DNA of 63,760 nucleotides, counting the filler, from Octopus bimaculoides (Eukaryota), in NCBI RefSeq assembly GCF_001194135.2. It is 5 parts of 5 records of this genome, joined end to end, with 100 filler letters (N's around TTAATTAATTAA, not from the genome) between each part and the next. Parts side by side here need not be neighbours in the genome. Positions count along the whole stretch, not along the records: positions 37,068 to 55,689 come from NC_068985.1; 4 more parts are not named here. One strand, 5' to 3'. Positions 38,991 through 51,929 of this stretch are shown here, one piece after another. The notes below the pieces were generated by a model. That model did no database searches. It was not told the DNA's origin and saw only the letters and a list, made by a program, of their open reading frames with translations. Both the position numbers and the translations under genes were made by a program. Each line of letters opens with the position of its first letter. Position 1 is the first letter of the stretch.

Positions 38991-39161
38991 TATTTACACC
39001 TCGAAATGAGGTGTAAATAGACAGCCAGCAACTGCTGAATGGTCGTTCTTTGTCTTACTTGTCTTGTTTTCAATTTCTTTTTCTCTCGTTGTTCGCGTAT
39101 TTAACTCGCTTGTTTTCGTATTTCATGTTGTTTACAGTCGGTGACGTCCTCTACTCATATA

Positions 39162-39170
<9 letters not shown>
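38991..39170 (+). mobile_element. Penelope-like terminal fragment with a 12-bp fold-back at its 5' end
   Basis: GAAA 39003-39006, CTGCTGA 39032-39038, T-rich body, tail gacgtcctctactcatatatgcat into (TA)n. Confidence 0.55.
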
Positions 39171-39196
<26 letters not shown>

Positions 39197-39319
39197 GCAT
39201 ATGTATACATATGTATGTATACATATACATATATATATATATTTACATAGATGCATATATATACATATGTATATACGTACATACATACATGCATATATAT
39301 ATATACACACACATATAGG

Positions 39320-39625
39320 TTAAGGTTCATGGATTAGTGGTTAGAGTATTCGGATCAAGATGGGAATGTCGTGAGTTCAATTCCCAGTGACGCGTTGTAT
39401 CCTTGAGCAAGACATTTTATTTCGCATTGCTACCTCTAGTCCACTCAATTGGAAAAAAATTAGCAATACCTGTTTTTCAAAAGGCCAACTTTGTCACACT
39501 CTGTATCATGCTGAATTTCCCTTAGGACTATCTGAAGGATATGCGTGGTGTGTGTGGAATGCTCAACTACTTGCACATTAATTTCGTTCGGATCAACTGG
39601 AACCTTCGTCGTCGTCGTCGAGTAC
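39320..39625 (+). mobile_element. SINE family C, tail type 2
   Basis: Matches 9075-9400. Confidence 0.75.
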
Positions 39626-39662
39626 CAGAGATACATACATAGAAAGAGAGGGACAGAGAGAG

Positions 39663-39705
<43 letters not shown>

Positions 39706-40314
39706 GTGAGTGAGAGAGATGAGTGAATGAGCGAAACATATATAGATAGATAGGCAGAGAGATAGACATACAGTTGCAACTATTTGGGAGTTGCGACTCC
39801 ATGTGTTTTGACACATAATTCTATAGCAAGAAATCTTTCCACCTCCTACCCCTGAAAACTTGCAATAGACTGAACTCTGCTAAATATATGAGAGGTCCAG
39901 ATCATGGTATTAAATTTGGAGGTTTTTCTACTCTGCTACCCAAAAAGAGATGTAAAAGTCTGAAAGAAATTCTGGAAGTCATCTTGACCACCGATGTCCT
40001 AACATTTCTACGAATCTGCTGCCTCGGACTGGTGCTTCATTTTATTGATCCCTCCCCACCGAAAGGAAGAAGGACAGGTTTGACCTTCGCGGGACCTGAA
40101 CTCTCAGTGCAGGTTGTCGGAACAATTAACAAATACGGCAAGATACGTTTCCATCACACTCCCGTTCACTTCTCCCTCTGTCAATGTCATACATTAACTC
40201 AACTCTCTGATTGCGACATAATAAATTATCTGATAAACAATTATCTACTATATAAGTGTATGCATGTAAACATACATGCGCTCACTCGTAAAACAGACAT
40301 ACAAAGTACGTGTA

Positions 40315-40368
<54 letters not shown>

Positions 40369-40961
40369 TGCATATATATATGAGAGAGAGAGAGAGAGAC
40401 AGAGAGAGAGACAGAGAGAGNNNNNNNNNNTGAGAGAGAGAGAGAGAGACAGAGAGAGAGACAGAGAGAGAGAGAGGGAGAGAGAGAGAGAGAGAGATGA
40501 GTATTTCCAATCCTTCTTTCGTAAGATATATTACAATGATATGACTGTATATGGCTGTTAACAACACTAAACTGTAAATATATAATTTCAACGTAACGCG
40601 TAACTGCGGATGTGGTTTCTTGCTTTGTGTATATGTGTGTGTGTATTAGCGTGTGTGTGTGTTAGCGTGTGTGTGTGTTAGCGTGTGTGTGTGTGTGTGT
40701 GTGTGTGTGCATGCGCGTACGAGTGTATGTGCGTTTCTATATATTTGTAGACGCATGTGATTATCCCTTGATCACTTAGCCTACTTTAGATCAAAGAAAC
40801 TGATAACGTTGCGTAATGCAATTTATAAACAGAAAGAATAAAAGCATTAAACACATAACAACAAATTTTACAATGTTCTGGTTTTACATTATGTGCAATC
40901 AGTTAATCTTATATTACGTACTTGAGATATGATACACATCTGTTAAAACATGTTCAAGTAG

Positions 40962-41705
40962 TTGTTGTTTAACCACAGGTCGGTCTCGATCGAGTGAGTC
41001 TATGATCAAACGTGTTATGGCTGTGGTAAAAAGATTTTCTTTCTATAAGCATTCGTCTAGATTATCCAAATGTCCCACTCTATGACAGTAATGTGTAATT
41101 TGAAAGAGATTAGGTTGCTCTTTCTAGCATATCGAGCTATACTCATTGGTGCGACATTCCCTTGTAGGTATGTTAGTAAAATAGAGAAGGTAGGATTCAA
41201 TTTTAATACAATAATCCTACAGATTTTCTGTAATATGCAGTAAAAGTAGATTCCAAAATATGTGGCTGTGTATCTAATAATATCTCTATTGTGTTTGGTA
41301 AAAGGTGTTCAGCATTTGTTTTCCAGGAGAAAATTATAAACGCCGCCGCTGCCGGCCATTGCCTTGCTTGCAATAATAACAAAACACATCTCCGACTACG
41401 GCGGAGTCCCTTCGTGGTTGCTTGATTTGCTAGAAATAGCAGCCTAATTTCTCTGAAACCACACCCCACTGTTTCAGAATGTTAGTCTCAGATACACTAT
41501 ATCTCATTAAAAGACTCACATTTGTTGAACCACGAAGGAGATATGACATCTGTTTTGCTGGAAATAGCAGCCAATTCTCAATGAAATCACATGCCGTTAT
41601 GTTAAATACAGAATGACTTATTAAATGACAGGATGATCAGGGATGTGGTGCCTTTAATTATGGGTCTGCTCGATTAAAGTTTATTCGGGGCTAAACAACG
41701 AGAAA
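40962..41705. mobile_element. Divergently oriented family E repeats (- 40962-41140; + 41405-41705)
   Basis: Shared ctagaaatagcagcc block and ctaaacaac tail; more copies near 57880-58085 and 59005-59060. Confidence 0.5.
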
Positions 41706-41827
41706 ATTCAATTGTTCGAAGAAAATATTCACGAATTAATAAACAAAATCTCTGTTGATTATTGGTAAATATGTTACCCAACTCAACTATTATTATTACT
41801 CAGAGAAGTGTAGGCTTTACTGGCCAC

Positions 41828-42152
41828 TGAAGGCGAATGGCTCAGTGGTTAGAGCGTCGGGCTCGCAATCATGTGTCAGTGAGTTCGCTTTCCGGACCGG
41901 GCTGTTCTTGAGTAAAACACTTTATTTCATATTGCTCCAGTCCACTCAGCTGGCAAAAATGAGTTGCGACGTCACTGGTTCCAAGCTGTATCGGCCTTTG
42001 ACTTTTCTTTGGATAACATTAGTGCCGTGGAGAGGGAAAGTTGCTATACTTGGGCGACTGCTGGCCTTCTATAAAAAACCTTGTCTGACGTGTGCCTCGG
42101 AGGGTAACTTTCTTGGTGCAATCTTAAGATCATTCATGAGCGAAAGGGGTAA
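41828..42152 (+). mobile_element. SINE family C, tail type 1
   Basis: Matches 9846-10180 and 26980-27330. Confidence 0.8.
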
Positions 42153-42627
42153 GAAGAACTGGCCCCTGGTATCGAGCTGAATACCAGGCCATGTCGGGTA
42201 TTGTATCTTGAAGACTTCCTTACCTTAATAGAGGACAAAGACCTCTCAACAAGACTGGCAGAAACAAACACAACATAAAATTGTGTATGTAGACCAAATT
42301 TTGCGCAGTATTGTGTGCATCGCTGTAACGGTTGTTTGAAGAAGAATTGTTCCAGCTCTGGATCTCAAGGCAAATAACAGCCTGCTGCATGTCTCTTGGA
42401 TATATATTCGGTGTTTCAAATGATATCAGAAATATATGATATAAACAGCGGTAGAAGTATGGCAAGAAATACTATCTTGTTTCTGGGACACTAATAAAAT
42501 CAAAGGAAAGTATTGATACATTAAACAATGGTGTTTGCAATCACTGCCAAATAACGTTCTGTACAAAGACATAATCCCCATTCAGCGTAGAGACCTCAGA
42601 CCAGATTTGTACTAAATATATAAACAT

Positions 42628-42800
42628 ATAGACGCAGGCACGGCTGTGTGCGTAAGAAGCTTGCTTTCTATCCACATGGTTCTGGGTTCAGACCCACTGT
42701 GTAGCACCTTGGGAAAGTGTCTTCTACTATAGCCTCGGCCCGACCAAAGCCTTGTGGGTGGATTTGATTGATGGAAACTGAAAGAAGTCCGTCGTATATA
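42628..42800 (+). mobile_element. Family B SINE, 5' half ending at the internal microsatellite
   Basis: Match to 25555-25720. Confidence 0.8.
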
Positions 42801-42899
42801 TATATATAAGATATATATATATATATATATGTGTATGTGTGTGTGTGTATGATAACATACATGCACGCGAAAGTATGTATGATATTAGTTTTGTCTGAA

Positions 42900-43200
42900 T
42901 GGATTGGTGCTGTACCAATAGCCCTTTCGGGATCTCCGGAACCATTTCGGTCAATGATTCCTTCGACAGCTGCAATTTGACGTCTACAGGAAATATCAGT
43001 TTCCCAAAAATCGTGAATTCCAGATTATCAATATCCCGAGAAGAAAGGAATTGCTGTAGTGATTAATCCAGGCCTTGATATGGTGCACAGATTATAAGTG
43101 ACCTGGTGGGGAGTAGAAAAGAAGAGTGGTTTGGGAGTGTTTGAGTGGAGGGACCGAGTGCAGCCAGACTTGAAAAGCAGACGTTACACTAGTTGGGGTA
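42900..43200 (-). mobile_element. Decayed L2/CR1-group LINE 3' end
   Basis: HYSNSFL..IIWNS then IFPVDVKLQL, same motif set as 3850-4130 and 6400-6620. Confidence 0.45.
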
Positions 43201-43400
43201 GCAATAAAAACTATTTGTGACAACAAATGACTTGGCCAAAGTATAAAGTGGATTTGTAAGTGGCTTCTGGTAAATGAGTTTGACGGTCTTTCAGTAGATC
43301 CAGATCAGAGTGTGCAATGTGTGTATGTGAGTGTGCGTGTGTGCGTGCGTGCGTGCGTGCGTGCGTGAGTGCATGTGTGTAGCACGACCATCGTTCCAGA

Positions 43401-43683
43401 TCTAGTACTGGGGTAGATATAATCAACTGGCCCCCGCCCCTAAAATTTCGGGCCTTGTGCCTAGAGTAGAAAAGAATATTGTTAGCAGCACGCCGGGCGA
43501 AATACTTAGCGGTATTTCGCCTGTCTTTACGTTCTGAGTTCAAATTCCACCGAGGTCGACTTTGCCTTTCATCCTTTCGGAGTCGATAAATTAAGTACCA
43601 GTTGCATACTGGGGTCAGTCTAATCGACTGCCCCCCCTACTCCCAAATTTCTGGCCTTGTGCCTTGAGTAGAAAAGAATATTG
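43401..43683 (+). mobile_element. Family A SINE 3' half followed by a 5'-clipped family A SINE
   Basis: Match to 24411-24630. Confidence 0.8.
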
Positions 43684-43984
43684 CATTGTAAGACTCTGTT
43701 GAGCCTTGTTACGAACTTGTAGTTTTGGATATTCATTTCTGAAGAGAACAGCCATTTTGTGTTATGCAGTAGTTTTTGTTCAGCATAACATATCGCAAAT
43801 AGGTGACATCATTGATATTAATGTCTGATGTCTGAAGTGTCATTGTGGATTCTATTTTAGTTGCGTGTCATTTATTTTTAGAGGAACGTGCGATAATGTT
43901 GCTCGATATATGAGGTAAATTGTATTATATTAGTGTTGTTGAAGAACATCATATCAGTTCCCGCCACGTTTAAAAAGTTTCTGG

Positions 43985-44185
43985 TTATATTCTTTTTTTC
44001 TTTTGTTTCAGTCATTTGACTGCTACCATGCTGGAGCGCCGCTTTTAGTCGAACATATCGAAGCCAGGAATTATTCTTTGTAATCTTAGTATGTATTCCA
44101 TCGACCATTTTCGCCGAACCGCTAGGTTTTACGGGGATTTAAACACACCGACATCGGTTGTCAAGCGTTGGCGGCTGGGTCAAAC
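43985..44185 (-). mobile_element. Family B SINE, 3' half
   Basis: Reverse complement of the cgcttgacaacc...gactgaaacaa module. Confidence 0.75.
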
Positions 44186-44431
44186 ACGCGCGCGCGCACG
44201 CACACACACACACACACCACACATACGCACACACACATATACACACATACTTATAGATGCATATATATGTGTGTATCTATCTATCTATCTATCTATCTAT
44301 AGACAGATAGATATATATATACAGATAAATAGATTGATAGATGTTTATATATACGTACATACGTGTACACACGCAAGTGTTCATTTAGTACATATACATA
44401 GACATATACATATATCCGTACATACAAACAA

Positions 44432-44466
<35 letters not shown>

Positions 44467-46371
44467 GTGTGTGTGTATACGCATGTATACATTTATATGC
44501 ATCAAATATATATTTATAAGATTATATCTGCATATTCATATACAAGCATCATCTTATCACCTAGGGAAATATACATTCATATACACTCACACACACATAT
44601 ATACCTACCTTCATGTATACATACATACACACATACATACATGCATACACACATACACACATACATACATACATACATACATACATACATACATACATAC
44701 GTACGTAATCTATTTTTTACCTCTTCCTTCCCTCCCGCGGAAATACGCAGATATACAGTCGCCTGGTGACGTATACGTTAGTAATTGATAATAAAGTAGA
44801 CGGAGCAATGTTGTAGCGATTGAAATTGTAGAAATGTGGTTTGTATCAATACATTTCGACTGTACAGTAATTCTGGTGATCCATTGTCTCAATTCCTGAC
44901 TCATATCTGTGATTAAAGATAATAATAGAAAGAGCCTTCAGGCAGACGAGTCCCTGTAGAAGCAAAGGGAGTTAATAATGTCATGTTACTTTTGTACTTT
45001 TTAAAAATATTTATTTTTTACTTTGATATAGATAATATGGTATTAATAAGTAAGAATGTTATGATGAAAAATAAAGAACAGTTTTCTTGTGTTAGCGATG
45101 TGAAACAAAAGACGAGTCAAAACTGAAAGTATGCATGTATTTAGGCCTGTACGTGTGTGTATCTGTGTCTGTAAATACGTAAATCTCTATATGTATGCAT
45201 ACATATATATATGTATATATATATATNNNNNNNNNNNNNNNNNNNNNNNNNNNNNNNNNNNNNNNNNNNNNNNNNNNNNNNNNNNNNNNNNNNNNNNNNN
45301 NNNNNNNNNNNNNNNNNNNNNNNNNNNNNNNNNNNNNNNNNNNNNNNNNNNNNNNNNNNNNNNNNNNNNNNNNNNNNNNNNNNNNNNNNNNNNNNNNNNN
45401 NNNNNNNNNNNNNNNNNNNNNNNNNNNNNNNNNNNNNNNNNNNNNNNNNNNNNNNNNNNNNNNNNNNNNNNNNNNNNNNNNNNNNNNNNNNNNNNNNNNN
45501 NNNNNNNNNNNNNNNNNNNNNNNNNNNNNNNNNNNNNNNNNNNNNNNNNNNNNNNNNNNNNNNNNNNNNNNNNNNNNNNNNNNNNNNNNNNNNNNNNNNN
45601 NNNNNNNNNNNNNNNNNNNNNNNNNNNNNNNNNNNNNNNNNNNNNNNNNNNNNNNNNNNNNNNNNNNNNNNNNNNNNNNNNNNNNNNNNNNNNNNNNNNN
45701 NNNNNNNNNNNNNNNNNNNNNNNNNNNNNNNNNNNNNNNNNNNNNNNNNNNNNNNNNNNNNNNNNNNNNNNNNNNNNNNNNNNNNNNNNNNNNNNNNNNN
45801 NNNNNNNNNNNNNNNNNNNNNNNAGTAATTAAAAAAATTCTGCCTTGTCACACACTAGGCCATGTTGATTCTCCCTGAGCGTTACATTAAGGATTAATAA
45901 ATGTGTGGCTACCTGATGTCAACGACAGTATGGAAGTATGGAGCTATATTGCCAATGGATTTGCTTCAGGAATTCCTTCTTTTCTGTAGAATTTATATAA
46001 ACATATGAGAGACAGCAAATGAAATTCAGGAGGCCTGAGCCACTAAAAAAATCAAGCACAGCTAGCATACAGGTGAATTGATATATAATTAATTGTAATT
46101 CATCATAGGTGCACGTGCATCTTCCCAGGTGATATTTCAAAAAGTCACCTGAGGGCTTTTAGTTGAGGTTTTGCTTATTTCTATAACAATAAATTTTGGT
46201 CAGCGTAGCGTACTATTGTAGCGCTTCTGAATGAAGCGTGTCGCGAATTCATTTTTTAATCTCTCGTCTTACACATACAAGCACACAAGCATGCACGCAC
46301 ACACAGACAGACAGACAGACATACTCACGCGCGCGCGCACACACACACACACACACACAGTGGTAAAGTTA

Positions 46372-46598
46372 TCTTCTCGGGTCATACCAGTTCATAGGGG
46401 CGGGTTTCCCGGTTTCAGTGGCGTATAAATTCTGAACCCGGTCCGTCGCAGGAATACTCAATTTTGTTAGCTGAGTGGACTGGAGCATCGTGAAATGAAG
46501 TATTTTGCTCGTGAACACAACGCGTCGCCTGGTCCAGGAATCGGAACCCCAATCTTACGATCTTGAATCCAACACCCTAACCTCTAATCTGTGCGCCA
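46372..46598 (-). mobile_element. SINE family C, tail type 4
   Basis: Head and central block plus a tgcgacggac...gaaaccgggaaacc tail shared with 62245-62480 and 50280-50400. Confidence 0.7.
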
Positions 46599-46655
46599 CC
46601 ACTTGTATGCATATAAGTCCGTCACGTATATATATATACATACATACACAAACAC

Positions 46656-46720
<65 letters not shown>

Positions 46721-46779
46721 CATATATATATACATACATATATATGTATATATATGTATGAGTATGTTTGCGTATGTGT

Positions 46780-46930
46780 GTGTGAGTTTGTTTCCCCACC
46801 ATCGCTTGACAACCTATGATGGTGTGTTTACGCCCCCGTAACCTAGCGGTTCGACCGATAGACTAAGTACTAGGCTTACAAAGAGTAAGCATGGCCGCAG
46901 TCAGATGATTGAAACAAATAAAAGAATAAT
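46780..46930 (+). mobile_element. Family B SINE, 3' half
   Basis: Match to 25780-25925. Confidence 0.7.
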
Positions 46931-46974
46931 AGAATAAAAGAATATGTATATATGTGTGTCTATATATACAGATA

Positions 46975-47845
46975 TCAGGTCATAAAGAATGAAATGTCCG
47001 ATTTTGAACTGAAAGTTTATTTTACTTTATCTCAGCAAAAGCAGTACAGTTAATCACAGTATGCACCTAAATTATCAACCCAATTTTGCCATTTTATCGG
47101 GTAGCTTATTTATGCTGGCAGCGAAGAATTCTGGAGAGCAAGAGGTAATGAAATCACGATAGGCTGTTTTTGTATCTTTTCCAGATTTGAAGTCTTTTCC
47201 TTGCAAAAAGTTGTCTAATGCATGGAAAACGTGACAGACAGTTGGTGTAAGGTCTGGTGAATATGGTGGATGACAGAGTACTTCCAAGTTCAGTTCCTGT
47301 AAATGGAGTAGCGTTCTTTGTGCAATATGTGGTCGAGCATTGTCTTGCTAGAGAATTGGCCTGTCTCTACTGACTAATCTCGGTTGTTTAATTGAAAGTT
47401 CACTCATCATTTCATCTAGTTAGTTGATGTATATATCCGCTGTAATTGACTCAACAAGTCTCGTGAAGCTGTAGTGGATGACACCGACGCGGGGCAATCA
47501 AACAGACACCATTAGCTTTTTTTAATGAATATTCCATTTTTAGATTGTTTTGGTACTTCGTGTCTATCCAGCTACCGTGCACAACGCTTGCTATTGTTGG
47601 AAAGAATCCATTTTCAGCACATCTGACAATACGATGCAAAAATGGTTTGCTTTTATGCCGTGACAGCAAAGAACAGCATATTTCAAGACGACGTGTCATT
47701 TGATGTTAGTTCAGTTCGTGTGGTGCCCACTTGTCCAGCTTCTTTACCTTGCCGATTTGTTTCAGGTGGTCTAATACAGTTGGAAACGAAACAAAACATT
47801 GCTGCTAGCTCACGCGTAGTTTGAGATGTATCCGTTTCTTGACGA
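46975..47845 (-). mobile_element. Mariner transposase pseudogene with one TIR end
   Basis: SQTTRELAA, degenerate WVPHEL, LHRIV, HPPYSPDLTPT motifs; ta-tcaggtcataaa end at 46975. Confidence 0.85.
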
Positions 47846-48428
47846 TTGTTGACGTAATCCCTCTCTTTCAATTATTCCCGGAAGAAAAAAATCCGGGCTA
47901 GTTCAGTCTGGGGAACGTGAAGGCCAGTTGACATTGCAGTAGCGGGAGAGTATTCTCTCTCCAAAGCACTGCCGTAGAAACTGCTTTCTTTCTTTTGCAG
48001 TATGAGCAGTTGCCCTATCTAGTAGACCATGTGTGAGGTCTGCTTTGAATGGCCTTCACGTTCCCCAGACTTGACAAACTCAGATTTTTTCTTTTGAGGA
48101 TACCTGAAAGAGAGGGTCTACTTCAACAAACCGGAGACCTTGGTGTAACTGATGAACTTCAGTAGAGAAATGAGAGAAATGGTGCCTGAGACTCTTGAAG
48201 TGTTGTGGTGCAAGTTTTGGAAAGAGCATGGGCGTGCGAAGCCGAAAATGGCTGCCATTTAAGCGATATCACTTTTTCATATGTGATGTAGTAGTGTTGC
48301 AAAATTGGACATGTGCATATTAATGTCCATTATGTCTTTTATATTGTATCAAAATTTCATGCATTTATTTGTGAAGTTAAGGAAGTTATTAAACATTGAA
48401 AACCATCAGTGACATTTGGGACACCCTG
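47846..48428. mobile_element. Rearranged Tc1/mariner-superfamily (maT/rosa-like) fragments in inverted orientation
   Basis: WPSRSPD..DFF..YLKER on both strands (- 47990-47846, + 48050-48260); caccctg-type end at 48428. Confidence 0.7.
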
Positions 48429-48919
48429 CGTATATATATGTATATATTATATTATATTATACTAGCAAATCTACCCATGTACGATGGAGTCATAAATTCA
48501 GAGGGGGAAGTCATAACAGCAGTATGTATTGAGAAATGTGTAAATGGCCTTGATAGATTACTGGGTGATATCTTAGAGAAATCACATTATTGTTGGTGAT
48601 ACAGCATTCTACTGCAGTTATATGACATGTGGGGCATCTTGAACAACCGTTTTCAACTGTAGCCTCTGTACGACCAATGCCTTTTGAGATAGTTTGGTAG
48701 ATAAAAACTGAAAGAAGCCTGTCGTACAAATACACATATGTTAATATGTGCATATGCATACATACATGCATACATACATGCATACATACATACATACATA
48801 CATACATATCTTCCCTTTTCCGTCTTTCATTTACCATATACATAAAGAACACTGTGAAAGTGAACGTACTTTACCAGTAAGCTACCAGGTGTAAACCATT
48901 CGTTTTATTATCTAATATA

Positions 48920-49487
48920 CAGGGTATGGCAGAAGTAATAACCTTTCTTATCTGTATAATTTTTATAGTTTTCTACTTTCAGCAGGATGGTGCACTACCT
49001 CGCTATGGGTAAAACGTTCAGGAATGGTTAAATCTTAATTTTGAGGTGAGGTGAATGGGACAACGTGGATCAATTGAGTGATCACCACGATCATCAGATT
49101 TAACACCGCCTAAATTTTTTTTGTGGGTGTATTGAAAGATCTTGGTCACTCCCTCAAACCGAAAACAATTCATGAATTAAAACAAGCAATTTCTGTACAA
49201 GATGTTTGTAGAAGTGTTGCTGGTAGGGTTCAGCATCGTACTGAAAACGAAGGGGAGCATTTTGAACATGTAAATTAAATTTTTTATCATAATGGATTAC
49301 GTTATTTTGATAGAGCAATACTTAATAAATTTCGTAAAACTACTACAGTTTATTTTCATTAATTAGTTTCTTTCATTTCTTTAACTACTATAATTAATGT
49401 TTGTACAATAAAGAAATTACTAAATTAAAAAATTTTTGTACTATAAAAATTACTAAATATAATGGGTGTTACTTCTGTCGTATCCTG
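48920..49487 (+). mobile_element. Internally deleted Tc1/mariner-superfamily (maT/rosa-like) element
   Basis: TIRs cagggtatggcagaagtaa / ttacttctgtcgtatcctg, TA TSDs, FQQDGA...SPRSSDLTP..FFLW...ENEGEHFEH remnants. Confidence 0.85.
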
Positions 49488-49554
49488 TATATATATATAT
49501 ATAATACGAATGATATATAAGAATATGCAGGTATACATACATATATGTACATAT

Positions 49555-49745
49555 CTACATCTACATGTATATATAGATGCATATTCGGGTACAGGACGTT
49601 AGAAGAATGAACGGGAACATAAAAACAAAACGGACTTTGTTTACAGACAACAGAACGAACACATAGGAAAATAAACAAGCCACTTATGAAATTATTCCTT
49701 CATCAGCTGCCTCTATTCTAAAACTAGGCGTTTCGAAGATAAGGT
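49555..49745 (-). mobile_element. Penelope-like terminal fragment with GAAA-N24-CTGATGA motif
   Basis: Motif at 49734-49700; tail aacgtcctgtacccgaatatgcat. Confidence 0.55.
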
Positions 49746-49965
49746 GTCTTTGTGCTTGCCTCTTGCCACCGCTTGACAACCGGCATTGGTGTTTGATGAG
49801 GTCCATGTAAGTTATCAGTTCAGCAGAAAGAGATTGAATGAAAATAGAAAAAGGACGTGGGTTAAAACAAACGTTCTTATGTCGGGTTTTTCAGCTAAAC
49901 CCTTAAAGCCGGTGCCCCACCAGGGCCACAGTTTAGTGACTGAAATACGTAAGAGATAAAAGACA
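49746..49965 (+). mobile_element. Family B SINE, diverged 3' half
   Basis: cgcttgacaaccgg...gactgaaatac module. Confidence 0.65.
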
Positions 49966-51727
49966 TATATTGAACTAGTTATAAGATCAGAATCTTATAA
50001 CTAGTCTGCTTGGATTCTTAAATCCTCAAAACATGAACAATAGAGATTGTTAAATATATAAGCATTTATCTTGTTTGCCAACAATATACAAAGCCCTTAC
50101 ATCCACGCTCTTTAGAAGTCTGTGGTTATTCACCTAGAAAGCAAAAGCATATTATCAGAGGACCAGAATGGAGGCCGAAAACTAATGTCTCAGTTAAGTG
50201 TAGCAATTGGTGAATCGAGCTATTACAGAAAACAAAACAAAAGAAAACAAATATTAGTATGTTCTTGATTGATTGCTGTTTGTTCCTTCTCGAGCCACGC
50301 TTGGCTCATAAGGGCCGGTTTCTTGGTTTCATTGGCGTATAGGTTCCTCACCTGGACAGGGCGCCGGTCCGTCGCAGATGAGCTGCTAGATGCAGGAGGA
50401 AAGAATGAGAGAAAGTTGTGGCGAAAGTGTTAGCAGAAGTTCGCCATTACCTTCTGCCGGAACCGCGTAGAGCTTAGGTTTTCCGCTCATAAACACAATA
50501 TAGTTTGCTCTTAAAATAAAAATACTTAAATCCAATTTTTTGCCTTACTTATAGTTTTTTTTTGTTTTCGTGATATTTTACGTCACAACTTCTTTGATAA
50601 CAAATTTTTGTTGCATGGGATCAAAACTATGAAATTCTTCATGCTTTCTTTTATCATTGAAGCTAAGATAAATATATTTTGCTTCTAAAATTAAAAAAAG
50701 TTATTTACATCTAAATTTGATTGGTGGCGTTAGTTACTCTCCTATAACGTCGCTAAAAATTTTGATGTAAACTTTTCTACTGGACCAAATCTCAATTTTT
50801 TTATGCCTAAATGCAACTAGGGATCAGTCCTCTTCAAAAATGTTAACGGTTTTCCATTTGGTTAAGAACTGGATTAGCGACAAGCTTTGAAAGATGCTGT
50901 GTGAGAGTTAATTGCGGTCTTAAGTATATTATTCAACTACAGTAGTAGTTGAATGATAAACGCTATGGCTAAACTATAAACTATTTCTCTAATATGGATG
51001 AATTAAAAATATGACTAGGAGAAAAAAAAACCCAGTCGAGAAAACCTACATAGAATTATGAATTCGCCCAATGCAAAGAAATAACTGAAACTGAGTTCTT
51101 AAAATTAATTACAACGAAATCTGAGTATTAAACTAAAGCAAGTATTAGAAGGAGGTGAAACTAATAAAATACAACCACTGATAAAAGAGAAAAGTAGAAA
51201 ACTATTGTTGTAGATGAAACAACCACGTGTGTATATCAGCAAACATATTTTTTTAGAAACGTCGAGTGTGTACCGTACAATACCAAAAAATGTAATATTT
51301 CGCACGCAGTATCACCATTTAAACAGCAGAAAAATTGGGTATTACAAGGCGGAAAAAGACATTGTCAACAAAGCCATGGGAGTCGAACCCACATCCCCAG
51401 TTGACTGTTTTACCATGAAGCTAAACTGCCCACTTAATGCAAGAAATAAAAGAACAGGTATAGATATACTGTTTCTCTTATAAAATATATCTTCATGATA
51501 AACTAGATCTTCAGGAATGTAATAGCTTAGAGACAAAAAACAAACAAACAAACAAACTATTAATAGGACACCGAAGTCACTTCTTCGTGGCTGGTAATAG
51601 ATGAAGTATGTCTATATTCCATACAAGCAGGACGGGGTCTGATACAACTAGGTAACAATTACAAATAAAATTATAGCAATGGGATTAGAAAAATGCCTAG
51701 AAATAAACAAAGAGAAACTGGTTGGTC

Positions 51728-51768
<41 letters not shown>

Positions 51769-51929
51769 CGTGCATGCATATACATATATGTATTTATGTA
51801 TATGTGTATGTGTGCGTGCGTGTATGTCTCTGTCTGTGTGAGTGTAATGAAACAAAAATGTAGCAGCTAAAACAAATACACTGTCAAAAGAATTTAGATA
51901 AGACAATCGACTTTATCATTTCTGACTGC

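Noticed and set aside
39888-40433. 181-aa ORF
   Set aside because: Runs through an old antisense SINE-like segment and microsatellites; no protein motif.
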